From the IMG/VR virus record IMGVR_UViG_3300032782_000002: DNA of 64,000 nucleotides; one strand, given 5' to 3'. Shown here piece by piece: positions 12,210-22,587 of the stretch. Numbering within the stretch: position 1 is the first letter of the stretch; every line of letters begins with the position of its first letter. Origin of the DNA: a virus. Taxonomy: Duplodnaviria > Caudoviricetes. The notes beneath the pieces were generated by a model. The model had not been told where the DNA came from, did no database searches, and was given only the letters and a program-made list of their open reading frames with translations. The position numbers were made by a program, and so were the translations under genes.

Positions 12210-12833
12210 TCACGACTCGTCCTTCGGGGTGAAGGCGCCGAAGTTGCCGCCGGCTTCCTTGTGGGCGCGCAGCTGCGCAGCGATGGCGCGGCCGCGCGGG
12301 GTCAGCCGGTAGCGCGGGTTGACGGCGGACCCCAGGTTCTCCAAGAGGCCCTCGCGCGCCAGATCGTCCACGCAGTCCCAGTCGTCGTGGTGGGTGAGCG
12401 TCTTGTCGCCCTTGAGGCGAGTCGGGTGGGCGCTGCCGTCGCCGTTGCGGCCGACAAGCATCGGGTGCCGATTGGCGTGGCAGCGCATGCTCTCTCGCTG
12501 CGGGCTCCCGCCGTGGTCGACGCAGCGTGTCTCGATGTAGCCGAACGTCGACCAGTGGTCCTTGCCGAAGTCGGCCATGGTCGGGACCGGCTCGGCGGCC
12601 GTCTGCGCGGCTTTGCGGCGCTCGGCTCGGTTGCCGACGCCGCGGTCCGTGGCCGGATCGCAGTCCTCCGGGTACGCGAGCACCTTGCTTGCCGGCTGCG
12701 TGTCCAGCTCGATCCAGGCGCGCACGCCGTCGGTGAGGATGCGCGTTACCCGGCCGCTCTTGTTGATCGTCTTGTCGTCCTCGTCCTTGCGCACGAAGAC
12801 GGGCTGCCCCGTGTGAAACTTGTTGACGCTCAT
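12210..12833 (-). CDS. Phage hypothetical protein
   Basis: DHWSTFGYIETRCVD and HDDWDC motifs; start overlaps the upstream stop. Confidence 0.5.
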   Translation of the reverse strand: MSVNKFHTGQPVFVRKDEDDKTINKSGRVTRILTDGVRAWIELDTQPASKVLAYPEDCDPATDRGVGNRAERRKAAQTAAEPVPTMADFGKDHWSTFGYIETRCVDHGGSPQRESMRCHANRHPMLVGRNGDGSAHPTRLKGDKTLTHHDDWDCVDDLAREGLLENLGSAVNPRYRLTPRGRAIAAQLRAHKEAGGNFGAFTPKDES

Positions 12834-13029
12834 GACTGGGTTCCTTTCAACGGCAGCTGGTTGCCGTTCTTGTCGGTCGGGCGACGCCGTCGCCGCTTCG
12901 GGGGCAGCGCGCTCGTGGGGATGTCGGCGCAGATGCGGGTCTTGCCGCAGTCCTCGCAGGGGCCTTCGCTGCGCGTGAAGATGAAGACGTTGGGGTGCCG
13001 CTTCCGGAGGCACGGTCCGCAGATGAACA

Positions 13030-13677
13030 TCAGGGATTCTCCTGTAATGCGCGCTCGCGCTGGACGCGCAGCCAGTTGTCCAGGGGGATGAGCGCGCGTC
13101 GCCCCAGCTTGTCGATGGCAGCGTAGATCGTGGCGGCGTGCACGCCGAGCATGGCGGGATCGGCATTGGCGAGCCAGAAGAGCTGGGCGTCGCTCATCTG
13201 CCCCGGCTCGTAGTCGGGGCGATCGAGTTCGCGATCCAGCCTGAGGAGCTTCTCGATGAACGCCCACGCCGTACCGTACGGCAGCACCGTGTAGTCGAAG
13301 AAGTGCTGCTCTTCCTCCGGATCCCAGCGCGGGGGTAGACCAGACGTCGCCGCGCGGAACTGTGTGCCGCCCTCGTCGTAGTGGTCGGCCGGCCCGATGT
13401 AGAGATACGGCGCGATGTGCTCGAAGACCCAGCGTGTCGGATCGAGCACGCGCTTGTCGGGCAGGATCACCCAGCCGTGCTGTACGAAGAGAGGACCGGT
13501 GCGGTAGAAGCGCGACTTGGGGTGTACGGGGCCGAGCCAGTGGCCGTAGACGGCGACGCCCTTGACGGCGCCGCGATCGACGAGTCGGCAGGCGATCTCG
13601 TAGCAGCGACCGGCCCACTTGGTGGCGGGCTCGCCAAGGACCTTCTCGGCGCGCTTGAGCGTGAGGATGGCGCCCAT
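13030..13677 (-). CDS. Hypothetical protein, possible transglutaminase/papain-like fold
   Basis: GRCYE...QHGWV...VLDPT Cys-His-Asp arrangement. Confidence 0.4.
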   Translation of the reverse strand: MGAILTLKRAEKVLGEPATKWAGRCYEIACRLVDRGAVKGVAVYGHWLGPVHPKSRFYRTGPLFVQHGWVILPDKRVLDPTRWVFEHIAPYLYIGPADHYDEGGTQFRAATSGLPPRWDPEEEQHFFDYTVLPYGTAWAFIEKLLRLDRELDRPDYEPGQMSDAQLFWLANADPAMLGVHAATIYAAIDKLGRRALIPLDNWLRVQRERALQENP

Positions 13678-14088
13678 GCTATGCGAGCAGCAGTTTGGCG
13701 ATGGCCGCGGTCCGATCGCCGAAGTTGAGGTGACTGCCCACCGACTTCTCGGCGAGCGCCCAGGCCGAGGCGTCGAGATCGGCCGGGATCGTCGCGCCGT
13801 GCGGCAGCGAGATCTCGTAGATGCCCGGGTATGCCGGGCCGGCTTTGATTCCCCCCGGGTCCACCGTGGCCCGCACCGGGCATACGGGCCAGCGCTCGCC
13901 GTTCATCTCGACGTACTCGATCGGCTGCCACGCCAGGGGTGCCGTGGCGCAGCCGACAGCTCTCGCGGCGAGCGTCCGCGTCTCGTAGAGTGTGCGCTTG
14001 ACGGCGCCGAGCGCGTGAACCTCGCCGCTGTTCGAGGCGCGCTCGAACTGCCAGATCACCACTGTGACGACGCCCTTCTTGCGCGTGC

Positions 14089-14640
14089 TCATTCCGCGTC
14101 GTCCTTCTTGACCGGCTTGACCGGTGCGGGCGGCAGCAGGCCCTTGATGCGCTCGTCGCTGCGCAGCGCCTTGATGGCCGGGCTCACCGACTGGCTGTAC
14201 CAGTCGCGCCACTGCTTGTCGGGGCCGGACGACGGCAGCCGGTCGATCCGGACCAGCTCCGCGTTGCGCGCGAGCGCCTTGTGGGCGCTGTTGACGCGGC
14301 GCACGTTGCCCGGCATGGACGACTTGACGACGTCCAGGTCGTCCACCGTCGCGCGGGCGCCGACGCCGCTGACGTTGCGCATGTCGCGCTTGTACTTGTC
14401 CTGCAGGATCGGGCGCATCGACGAGATCTTGCGCCGCAGCGACTCGACCTCCTCACTGCTCGTGCGGGGCGTGTGGTCGTACCCCATGATGTACTTGAGC
14501 ATGATGTTGTACGGGATGATGGTGCCCGCCGACTTGTCCGCGGCCCACGCGAGCAGCATCGCTCCCCGCGCCGGGATGGACATGGTCATGTCCATCTTGA
14601 AGCCCTTGAAGAACGCGCCCCAGTTGATCGTGGTGCTCAT
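14089..14640 (-). CDS. Hypothetical protein
   Basis: 183-aa ORF with typical codon usage, coupled to its neighbours. Confidence 0.55.
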   Translation of the reverse strand: MSTTINWGAFFKGFKMDMTMSIPARGAMLLAWAADKSAGTIIPYNIMLKYIMGYDHTPRTSSEEVESLRRKISSMRPILQDKYKRDMRNVSGVGARATVDDLDVVKSSMPGNVRRVNSAHKALARNAELVRIDRLPSSGPDKQWRDWYSQSVSPAIKALRSDERIKGLLPPAPVKPVKKDDAE

Positions 14641-14642
14641 GG

Positions 14643-15599
14643 TCAGTGGTCTCCCTTGTCCGTGCTCTGGTACGACTCTTCGACGAGGCGCATGGCCTCG
14701 ACAGCCTTTTCAAAGTGCCCGCGCGCGTCCGGCGACGGGTTGTGATCCGGGTGGTACTCGCGCGCGAGCTTGCGGTAGTTCTTCTTCGCGAGACTGTAGC
14801 TGGCGAAGTCCACGGCACCCCCGGCATGCCGCGGAGGGTCGATGCCCAGCAGCGTGCACGCGTCGCGCAGCTCTCGCCGCTTGGTGGACGGCTTGATGAT
14901 CGGCTCGTCGAGATCTGCGTTCTTCTTGACCGAGCGGATGCGCGCGTTGAGCAGCTTCACGAGCGACTGCACCTCGGCCTCGCACTGGCCGCGCAGCCGG
15001 TCGCGCACGCGCGGGTCCATCTCGGTCCCCAGCTCGCAATCCAGTACACGCAGGATGGCGGCTCGCACGGCCGTCCACGCATCGGATGGGGGCGGCGCGG
15101 ACGTCGGCTCTTTGGACGCGCGCACCGCCCTCGTCTCGGGCGGTCGGCATCGATACGATCGGCCGTTAGGCAGCCGTCGCATGATCCACGAGTCGTAGAT
15201 CCGCAGCTCCTGCTCGACGGCTTGTTGCACGCTGATGGATTGCTGCTTCGCGGCGATGCGTGCGCGGCTCACGATGCCGGCGGCGCTGTTGAGCGTCATG
15301 CGCTCGGGGCCGTCTACGCGCTCCCAGATGATGTCGCTCGCGGGCTGGGCGCGACGCAGCATCATGCGCGCCTCGGTGTCGTTGATGCCGACGCCGAGTG
15401 TGGCGGCGAGCCACTTGGCACCGCCCATCTTGTGGGCGTCCTCCGGCGCGAGCACACGGGCCACGTCCCACATGCGCCCCTCGATCTCGGCGCGTTGGCG
15501 ATCCGTGGTGGTGTAGGACCACATGGCGCGCAGATCGGCCATGTCGATCTTGGGGTTGCGCGACGGCGGCGGCTCAGGGGGTTGTTGGCTGGTCATCAC
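14643..15599 (-). CDS. Protein with a C-terminal J (DnaJ) domain
   Basis: KKNYRKLAREYHPDHNP...FEKAVEAMRLV with an intact HPD motif. Confidence 0.8.
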   Translation of the reverse strand: MMTSQQPPEPPPSRNPKIDMADLRAMWSYTTTDRQRAEIEGRMWDVARVLAPEDAHKMGGAKWLAATLGVGINDTEARMMLRRAQPASDIIWERVDGPERMTLNSAAGIVSRARIAAKQQSISVQQAVEQELRIYDSWIMRRLPNGRSYRCRPPETRAVRASKEPTSAPPPSDAWTAVRAAILRVLDCELGTEMDPRVRDRLRGQCEAEVQSLVKLLNARIRSVKKNADLDEPIIKPSTKRRELRDACTLLGIDPPRHAGGAVDFASYSLAKKNYRKLAREYHPDHNPSPDARGHFEKAVEAMRLVEESYQSTDKGDH

Positions 15600-15920
15600 G
15601 GGCGGCTCCGCTTGATGCGCTCGCGGATGCGCGCGATGGCGGCATCGTCGAGCGGCTTGTCGTAGATGCGCGTGGTGGGGGCGGGGCCCTTGCGCGGCGG
15701 CACGCGTACGCCGTGCTCCTGTAGCGTCTCGCGCGTGACGGGGCGTGAGACGTGCTCGGGCGGGTAGCTGTACTCGTCCTCGATCGGCTCGGGCGGCGGA
15801 CGACGGCGGCGGCTCATGCGCACCTCGGGCGGACGTCGAACCGCCAGTCGGGATGCTCGGCGCGGCCCTGCGCGGCGCACGCGGCGGCTTCCCTGAGCGA
15901 CGCGAGCGGCGGCGTGTCGT

Positions 15921-17021
15921 TCACGACTCGTCCTCCTCGATGGGCTTGAGCCCCAGATCGCGCTCGATACGGTGGAACCGCTTGTCGAGACGCACCAGCA
16001 CGTCCACGATCTGTGTCAGGCGCTCGGCGATGACGGCGAAGGGATCCTCGACGGCGGCGGTGGGCATCGCGGCGGGTGTCGTGAGGGTCTCTTCCGGCGA
16101 CGCCGACGTCAGGCTGGGCATGGCGGCTGGTGTCAGGCCGCCGCCCCAGAGCACGTCACTCAGCTGCTCGTCGGTCATCTCGCGCACGAAGGTCTGCATG
16201 GTCTCCGGGATCTGCCACAACACACCCGGACCGTTCATGCCTGTGCCGATCTGCTCGTGGCGTTCGATGAGCCCCGCCTCGCGCAGTTTCTTGCCGAGGC
16301 GGCTCGTCTCGGCCGCGATGGTGATCCGATAGATGGGCGGGCGCTGGCCATCCGCGCACGCATGTAGCCATCGGCGCACGTCGTCGAGGATGCGCTGGCG
16401 CTTGCCGGCGTAGGTGCTCGGGACGGGATCCTTTGACGGGGTGTACGGCGGCGGCACCGCTGCGGCGGCGGCGGTGTCGGTGTCGGTGTCGGTGTCGGAG
16501 ACGCCGATCTCGACGTCGGGGATAGGCGGCGGCTGCTCGGCCTTCATGATCGCCAGGACGTCGTTCAACTCGAACGTGGCCCCGGATTGCGCGAGCGCGA
16601 TGAGCTTTCGCGTCGCGACGGTGCCGCCCGCCGGGCCGCGCAGCATGGCGACCAGCCCCATGGCTACGAAGCGTTCGACATAGCTGCGCAGCACGTGACG
16701 AGGAATGGAGTCGCTGATGGCGTGGACCGGCATCCGGTTGCCCGCGGCCAGGTGGATGAGCCACTGCTGGATGGCGCCCGCGATCTCGGTCAGATCGTAC
16801 CGGGTGTGCGGCTGATGCTGCGACACGACGGCTTCCTCCTCCTCGACGGGCTTCTCGGCGGGCGCCTCGACGCTGACAGGCGCCGACTCCGGTACCGGCG
16901 TCGCCACTCTGGCCAGTGCTTGCGCGAGCTGGTTGCCGCGTAGCGGCTCGGGGCTCTTGCCGCGCTCCGTGTACGTGTTGTGCGAGTAGGACGGATCGAC
17001 CTGGATGGTTCGGCGGCTCAC
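15921..17021 (-). CDS. Hypothetical protein, possible winged-helix segments
   Basis: 366-aa ORF with two helical segments (LRSYVERFVAMGLV; KKLREAGLIER). Confidence 0.45.
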   Translation of the reverse strand: MSRRTIQVDPSYSHNTYTERGKSPEPLRGNQLAQALARVATPVPESAPVSVEAPAEKPVEEEEAVVSQHQPHTRYDLTEIAGAIQQWLIHLAAGNRMPVHAISDSIPRHVLRSYVERFVAMGLVAMLRGPAGGTVATRKLIALAQSGATFELNDVLAIMKAEQPPPIPDVEIGVSDTDTDTDTAAAAAVPPPYTPSKDPVPSTYAGKRQRILDDVRRWLHACADGQRPPIYRITIAAETSRLGKKLREAGLIERHEQIGTGMNGPGVLWQIPETMQTFVREMTDEQLSDVLWGGGLTPAAMPSLTSASPEETLTTPAAMPTAAVEDPFAVIAERLTQIVDVLVRLDKRFHRIERDLGLKPIEEDES

Positions 17022-19340
17022 GTGGATGCTCGCTTCCTCTTTGCGCGGTAGGTGGTCTTGGACGCGCGGACGCGGACGAACGGCGGCCAGATCAGCGCGG
17101 TGACGGTGGCGTATGTCGGCCGCGTCTTCCTTGGCGGCCGTGCGGGCTGCCCCCGACCTCTCGGTATGTGACGCTGGCCGCGCTGTCGGTGCCGCCCTCG
17201 TAGACGAAGTTCACAGGATCTCGCGGCGTGTGCGCAGCGCCTTGAGCACGGCCTGGAACCGCGCTGTAGGGTCGTGGTTGACGGGCCACTGCCTCATCTC
17301 GACGACGGCGGCCTTGATGTCTTCGAGCGACAGCGTGAGATCGGCCATGGCCTTCAGCTCCCCGACATCGAACGTGATGCCGAGAGCGGTGGCAGCGGCG
17401 AAGTAGGCGAGCTGCGCCTCGGCGCGGTTGACGGTGCGGGCCATTCAGCCGTCCCTCCGCAGCGGCTTGATGGCGCGCACCGGGGCGGGTGCGATGCGGG
17501 CGAGGCGGGTCGGCCAGTGGGTCGACACGGCGCCGCGGAACGCGTTGATGGCGGGCGACATGGCGGCGCCGCACTCGGCGGCCGTCGTCTCGCCCGGAAT
17601 GTCGATCTCGAACACGACTTGGATCTTCATGCGCTTCTCCTGTGCGGCTTGGCCATCTCGATGGCGATGGCCGCGTCGGTTGCGGTGTCGATGAGACCTT
17701 CTCTGATCTCGGCAGATACCCAGTGCGCTCTGTCGAGCACTGTGGTGGTGATGGACGGGTCCTCGATGCCCGGGAATGCTTCGCGGATAGCCCAGAGGAA
17801 CCTGCGTGCGACGCGGAAGGGATCCTGCTCTCCCATGCCTGCTGACAGGCCGATCTCGTGGCGCACGTAGAGGCACACGCCGTGGGGCATGCGGGCCCCG
17901 CCGCCTTCCCGCACCGGCCGGCGCAGTCTCTCGGTCCAGGGCAGCCACACGTCGCACGATCGGGTGCCGGTCGCCTTGCGGACCGTGGCGATGAGGCGCG
18001 GCCGCTGCTCGATGGGGACGTCCGCGAAGATGTCCGTCAGGAACGTGGTGCCCATCAGCGCTTCCTCACTTTGGCCAGCTGCGCGGCGGCTCGGTTGAGC
18101 GCTCTGTCGTACGCCAGCGCGGCGTCGACAAGATCGGTCAGGGTAGTCCACGTGACCCCGTCGAGGGAGCCGTCCGACCTGCCATGCGGTGGCCGGTTCT
18201 GCGCCTCCGCGAGGACTTCGCTCAGCTGCGCGATGTTGTCGCCGCGCGCGGTGTGGGCGAAGCGGGCGAGGCACGAGCGGGCGCGTTCGAGCTGCGTGCG
18301 CGGCGGCGGGTTGCGGGTGCTGCTCATGCTACGGCCCGGCCGAACGAGGTGATGGTCCTGCATGCCGCCTCGGCGCGCAGCAAGAGTGCGATCTCGGTCC
18401 ACACCTTGTGCAGCGGGCCGCGCACGTCCGGCTTGATGCCCATCTGCTCGGTGACCGTACGGCGGATGAACCGGCGCGACGCGGTGCGCGAGGGCGGATC
18501 CTTGGTGTATCCGAGGTGGTTGGCCGCGTCGCACGTTAGGCACCACAGCAGCTCGGCGACGGTGGTCAGCGCCCGCGCGTCGTACTTGTCGGCGCCGTCG
18601 TGATCGTAGATGACGACGTGGTGCTCCTCGATGCGGGGCTGGCGCGGCGTCTTCGACGTGCGCACCTCCCAGATGGGGCGCGCCGCGCTGTGGTGCAGGA
18701 GCAGGTTGGACAGCACGTGGTTGCCGCACCGGAAGTTGGCGTTGACGTCCTCCTGGCTCATGGTGGCGAGCTTGCGCTCCCGGCGTCGCTTGGCCTGTCG
18801 CTTCGCGCGCTCCGCAGCGCGGCACCGCTTGGCCTCGATCTTCGACGAGACACGCTCCGCCAGCCGCCCCGACTTCTCCGAGCAGGCCAGGCAGTAGCGG
18901 CGCACGTCGTCTCGCCGCGGTCGGCTCGGCCCCAGCACACCTGGGTGCGCCTCGTTCGGGCAGTTCCAGCGAATCATCTTGGTCATGTGGTGGTCTCCGG
19001 GATGAACGCGCGTGTGATGAACTGGTACGGCAGCTCGACGTGGCGCGCCTTCACGTTGCTGCCGAAGAAGGCGCCGCACTTGGGGCACGCCGTGCGCGGG
19101 TACTTCCGACCCCGGCGCGATCCGCCTCGGCCGATCACGGGGGCACCGGCCGGCCGAAGTGGCGCGCAGCCATCTGCGCCAGGTTCCGTTTGCCCGTGGC
19201 GGTGGCGATGACGCCGCACTTGGCGCACTGGTCCTCGGTCTCGTTGACTGGGCGCCACACGTGGTGCGGCTCGCACCGGTACGCGCGGATGAGCAGGATG
19301 GTCTGGCGCGCGAGGGCGGCGACTTCCATGAAGGGACCTC

Positions 19341-19387
19341 TAGTATATCAGGTTCTGATTGAAGTGCAAGTGCCGTTGCACTGGCAC
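19341..19387 (-). promoter_or_regulatory. Sigma70-type promoter with an upstream 18-bp operator-like box
   Basis: Minus strand TTGCAC-N16-TATACT with extended -10 TG; GTGCCAGTGCAACGGCAC at 19370-19387. Confidence 0.55.
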
Positions 19388-19394
19388 TGAGGGG

Positions 19395-20006
19395 CTAGCG
19401 TTGCCCCTGGTGCGCCTCGCGAGCGTGTCGATCGTTCTCCTCGCGGGCGAACCGTTCGACGTCGCCGGTGCGCTCGATGCGCCGCTTGAGCCACTGCCGC
19501 TGGATGCGACACGCGCGGCGGTAGGCGCGCAAGATCCAGCGGTCGGTGGAAGACGATCCGCGCCCGCACATGGCCGGCAGCTCGAAGTGCGTAGGCGGCA
19601 GCAGACCGAGGCGCATGAACGCCTCGCAGATCTCCCAGGCCATGTCCATGCCCCCGCCTGTCAGCGCGAGGCCCCACTGATCGTCGTCGCCGTCGAACTG
19701 CACGAGGACGAGCGGCAGGTGCTTGATGCGGCGCGCAGCGCGTGCGACGTCGGTGCACACACGCGGCGGCAGCGGGTAGTAGTAGTTCATCGCGGGCGGG
19801 TAGCCCTGATGCCAGTCGCACTTGCCGTGCTCCTCGACCAGGCCGTCGACGGCCAGCATGTCCTTCTGGCAGCCCAGACACTCGACGAACTCGAAGTAGT
19901 TGTAGTTGCCCTCGTCGGAACCGACTTCGTGCTCGTTCCAGCGGTAGTCGATGGGCTTGGTCTCGATCGCGTCGGTGTGCAGCTCCGTGGTCCGCGGGCG
20001 CTTCAC
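19395..20006 (-). CDS. Phage hypothetical protein
   Basis: PAMNYYYPLP and LALTGGGMDMAWEICEAF motifs. Confidence 0.55.
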   Translation of the reverse strand: MKRPRTTELHTDAIETKPIDYRWNEHEVGSDEGNYNYFEFVECLGCQKDMLAVDGLVEEHGKCDWHQGYPPAMNYYYPLPPRVCTDVARAARRIKHLPLVLVQFDGDDDQWGLALTGGGMDMAWEICEAFMRLGLLPPTHFELPAMCGRGSSSTDRWILRAYRRACRIQRQWLKRRIERTGDVERFAREENDRHAREAHQGQR

Positions 20007-20239
20007 GGCGCCGCCTTGATGGCGCGGATGCGCGCCTTCTCGAAGGCCGCCTTCAGGCGCGGCTCCTTGTTCAGCCAGCGGCGCAGGGTGTCGACGCTGA
20101 TCTTGAGGCGCCGCGCGGTGCCGTTGAGGTTGCCCTCCTCGGCTTTGACAGCCGGCAGCAGATCGTCGCGGAGAGCGGCCGAGCGGTCGTCGGCGAACTT
20201 GCGGCTGAGCTTCGGGTTGAGCAGGCGGGTGGGGTCCAC
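20003..20239 (-). CDS. Small helix-turn-helix protein (Fis-like)
   Basis: GNLNGTARRLKISVDTLRRWL. Confidence 0.65.
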   Translation of the reverse strand: MDPTRLLNPKLSRKFADDRSAALRDDLLPAVKAEEGNLNGTARRLKISVDTLRRWLNKEPRLKAAFEKARIRAIKAAP

Positions 20240-20250
20240 GTGGTTTTCTC

Positions 20251-21003
20251 CTAGAGGCGGGTGATGCAGAGGTTGGTGATGGTACCGGCGAGCGGGCCGT
20301 CCGCGATCGAGCATGCGTCGGCGCCGACCGTCAACGCGGGCAGCGTGCCAAGCACGTTGGTGTCGGGGGCTGGCACGCTGGCGGGCGTGGCGTCCACGCG
20401 CACGTAGATGGTCCCCGCCTGGCGCCAGGCGGCTACGTGGTGCTTGCTACCGTCGTTGACGCCGGTGCCGCCGACGGTGAAGACGCGGTCGGCCCCCTGG
20501 CCGTCGTCGGTCTCCAGCTCGACGGCGCCGGTGGGCGAGGTGTAGAGGGCCCAGCCCGCGTACGGCGCGCAACTCGCGCGCTGGCTGGCAAGCGCCTGGC
20601 TCGTGGCGCCGGTGGTCACGACGTCGAGATCGATGCGGAAGTCGCCCGCGCCGATGTTGGACAGATCGGTCACGCAGGTCGGGCCGGTCTCGGCGGCCAT
20701 GGAGTCGGCCGCGTCGTCCGGCGCGTCGGTGCCGGCGTCGGAGTCGGGGGTGCCGGAGTCGGTCGCGATGGAGTCGGCGCCGGAGTCGGCGGCGTCGGAG
20801 GCGTCGGAGGCGTCGCGATGATCACCCTCGTCCCCGGTGTCCGGGTCCATGGCGCCGCTGTCCATGGTCCCGGTTTCCCCGCCGGAGCTGGACGCCGACT
20901 CGTGGCCGGCATCGCTCTCGGCCTTCACGTCGCCGACAGTGAACGGCGCGCCGCCGCATGCGACCAGGGCGAGCAGCGCGGGCAAGGTGGCCAGACGGTT
21001 CAC
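20251..21003 (-). CDS. Lipoprotein with a LamG/concanavalin A-like domain
   Basis: Lipobox LVAC, Asp/Ser/Ala/Gly linker, VNDGSKHHVAAWRQAGTIYVRVD. Confidence 0.7.
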   Translation of the reverse strand: MNRLATLPALLALVACGGAPFTVGDVKAESDAGHESASSSGGETGTMDSGAMDPDTGDEGDHRDASDASDAADSGADSIATDSGTPDSDAGTDAPDDAADSMAAETGPTCVTDLSNIGAGDFRIDLDVVTTGATSQALASQRASCAPYAGWALYTSPTGAVELETDDGQGADRVFTVGGTGVNDGSKHHVAAWRQAGTIYVRVDATPASVPAPDTNVLGTLPALTVGADACSIADGPLAGTITNLCITRL

Positions 21004-21922
21004 GGCTTGTTCTCCTCTTCGGCGGCGGCGGCGGCGTCGTACTCGTCGTCGGATGCCTTGAGCGCGGCACGCACGTCGTCGGGCGTGACGCGCCCGGCCT
21101 TGTGCAGCTGCTCGACGACGATCCACGCGGAGTCGCGCATCGTGTCGCCGCGCTCGTGGAAGGGCCAGATCAATGCGTCGCGCGGGTTGTCGGACGGCTT
21201 GAGCGCGTCGACGAGCGCGCGCAGCGCCTGATCGACGTTCTCTTTGAGCGCGTTGAACGTCAGCTCGCCCTCGCCCGCGTAGACGCTGACCGACGAGCCG
21301 TAGCGATTCTCGATGCACCTAAGCTCGAACGTGGAGACGGCGGCGTGGGCCTTGGCCCAGGGCGCCTTGCGCAGCGTGAAGCGCCATCCCGTCTTCCAGA
21401 CCGGCGCGGCGAACCAGTCGTCTTTCTGACGCCGATCGGGCCGCGGGTTGGGGATGTCCTTGGTGAGCACGTAGATGCCCTCGGCGAGGGGGCACGGCCG
21501 CACTTCCTTGCCGCGGAACTCCTCGGCCATAGCGTCGATCGCGGCGCGGTCCTCTGGCATCACGTCGTGCAGCTGCGCCTGCGTAGTGCCGTCAGATTGG
21601 ATGACCTGTTTCGTATGCGTCGTGTACGCTCGCTCGCGGGGCCCCACGCAGCGGAGGTTGGACGCGAAGGCGACGGCGAGCCGCTCGGTCGGGAACTCGT
21701 AGATGATGGTCGGTGCGGGGGTCATGGGCTCCTCGGGTGGCAGCAGAGTGTAGTCGCCGAGATCCTCGGCGCGGATGACGGCGAGGCCGCCGTCGTCGAA
21801 CTTGATGACGGCCTTCATCTGCAGCGTGGGCGGCTCCTGCACGCGGCCGTACGTCGGCGTGTAGCCGGCGGGGCGGTAGCACACGCGCGCGCCCGCCTGC
21901 AGCATGAGCGCCTCGGTGACGT

Positions 21923-22129
21923 TCATCGGCGGCTCCGACGCTTGCTCTCGTCGCGGTCGGCGATGTGGCCGTGCTCCTCGGCGATCCGGCGGCAGAGCTT
22001 CACCAGGGAGCGCGCAGCTTGCGCCTCGTTCTCGCTCAGATCGTCCGCGTCGCCATCGTCCAGGGCCCGCGCGCAGTCGCGCAGATCGGCCAGCGTGTTC
22101 TCGAATCGGCAATAGCTCATGTTGGACAT
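21923..22129 (-). CDS. Small phage hypothetical protein
   Basis: MSNMSYCRFENTLADLRDC N-terminus. Confidence 0.55.
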   Translation of the reverse strand: MSNMSYCRFENTLADLRDCARALDDGDADDLSENEAQAARSLVKLCRRIAEEHGHIADRDESKRRSRR

Positions 22130-22587
22130 CAGTCGTCTCCGATCTCGTAGTTGTCGAGGAGCTTGCACGCCTCGCGGTGCAGCGCGGTCCTCTCGTTGAG
22201 GATGTGGTGTTCCCAGCGCGCGCGGGCGATGGTGTTGTTGGCGTAGCGGATCGGCACCTTGCGCAGCGCGTACGCGTTGAGGATTGCGCACATGTGCTCG
22301 GCCACGTCGAGATCGCCCCCGTTGTGCTCGATGTCCATGCGACCCGTGTACGTGTCGCCGTCCGTGTAGACGACCGACAGGTCCACCTTGTCGTAGCCGT
22401 CCGGGCTCACGGTGGCCGCCCAGCCGCGCAGCACGCGGTTGGCCTCCAGCCACAAGTTGCCGCCTCCGCTCGCGCCGCGCTCGATGGTGACGCGCACGCA
22501 CTCGTGCGGGAAGCCTTCCGCGCGCTCCAGCACGATCTTGGTCGCGCGGATCTTGGTCGTCTTCAGGGTCTCGACGAGGGTGGTCAT
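22129..22587 (-). CDS. Polyvalent-protein-domain-like (LPD25-like) hypothetical protein
   Basis: GYDKVDLSVVYTDGDTYTGRMD motif; family assignment from memory. Confidence 0.4.
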   Translation of the reverse strand: MTTLVETLKTTKIRATKIVLERAEGFPHECVRVTIERGASGGGNLWLEANRVLRGWAATVSPDGYDKVDLSVVYTDGDTYTGRMDIEHNGGDLDVAEHMCAILNAYALRKVPIRYANNTIARARWEHHILNERTALHREACKLLDNYEIGDD

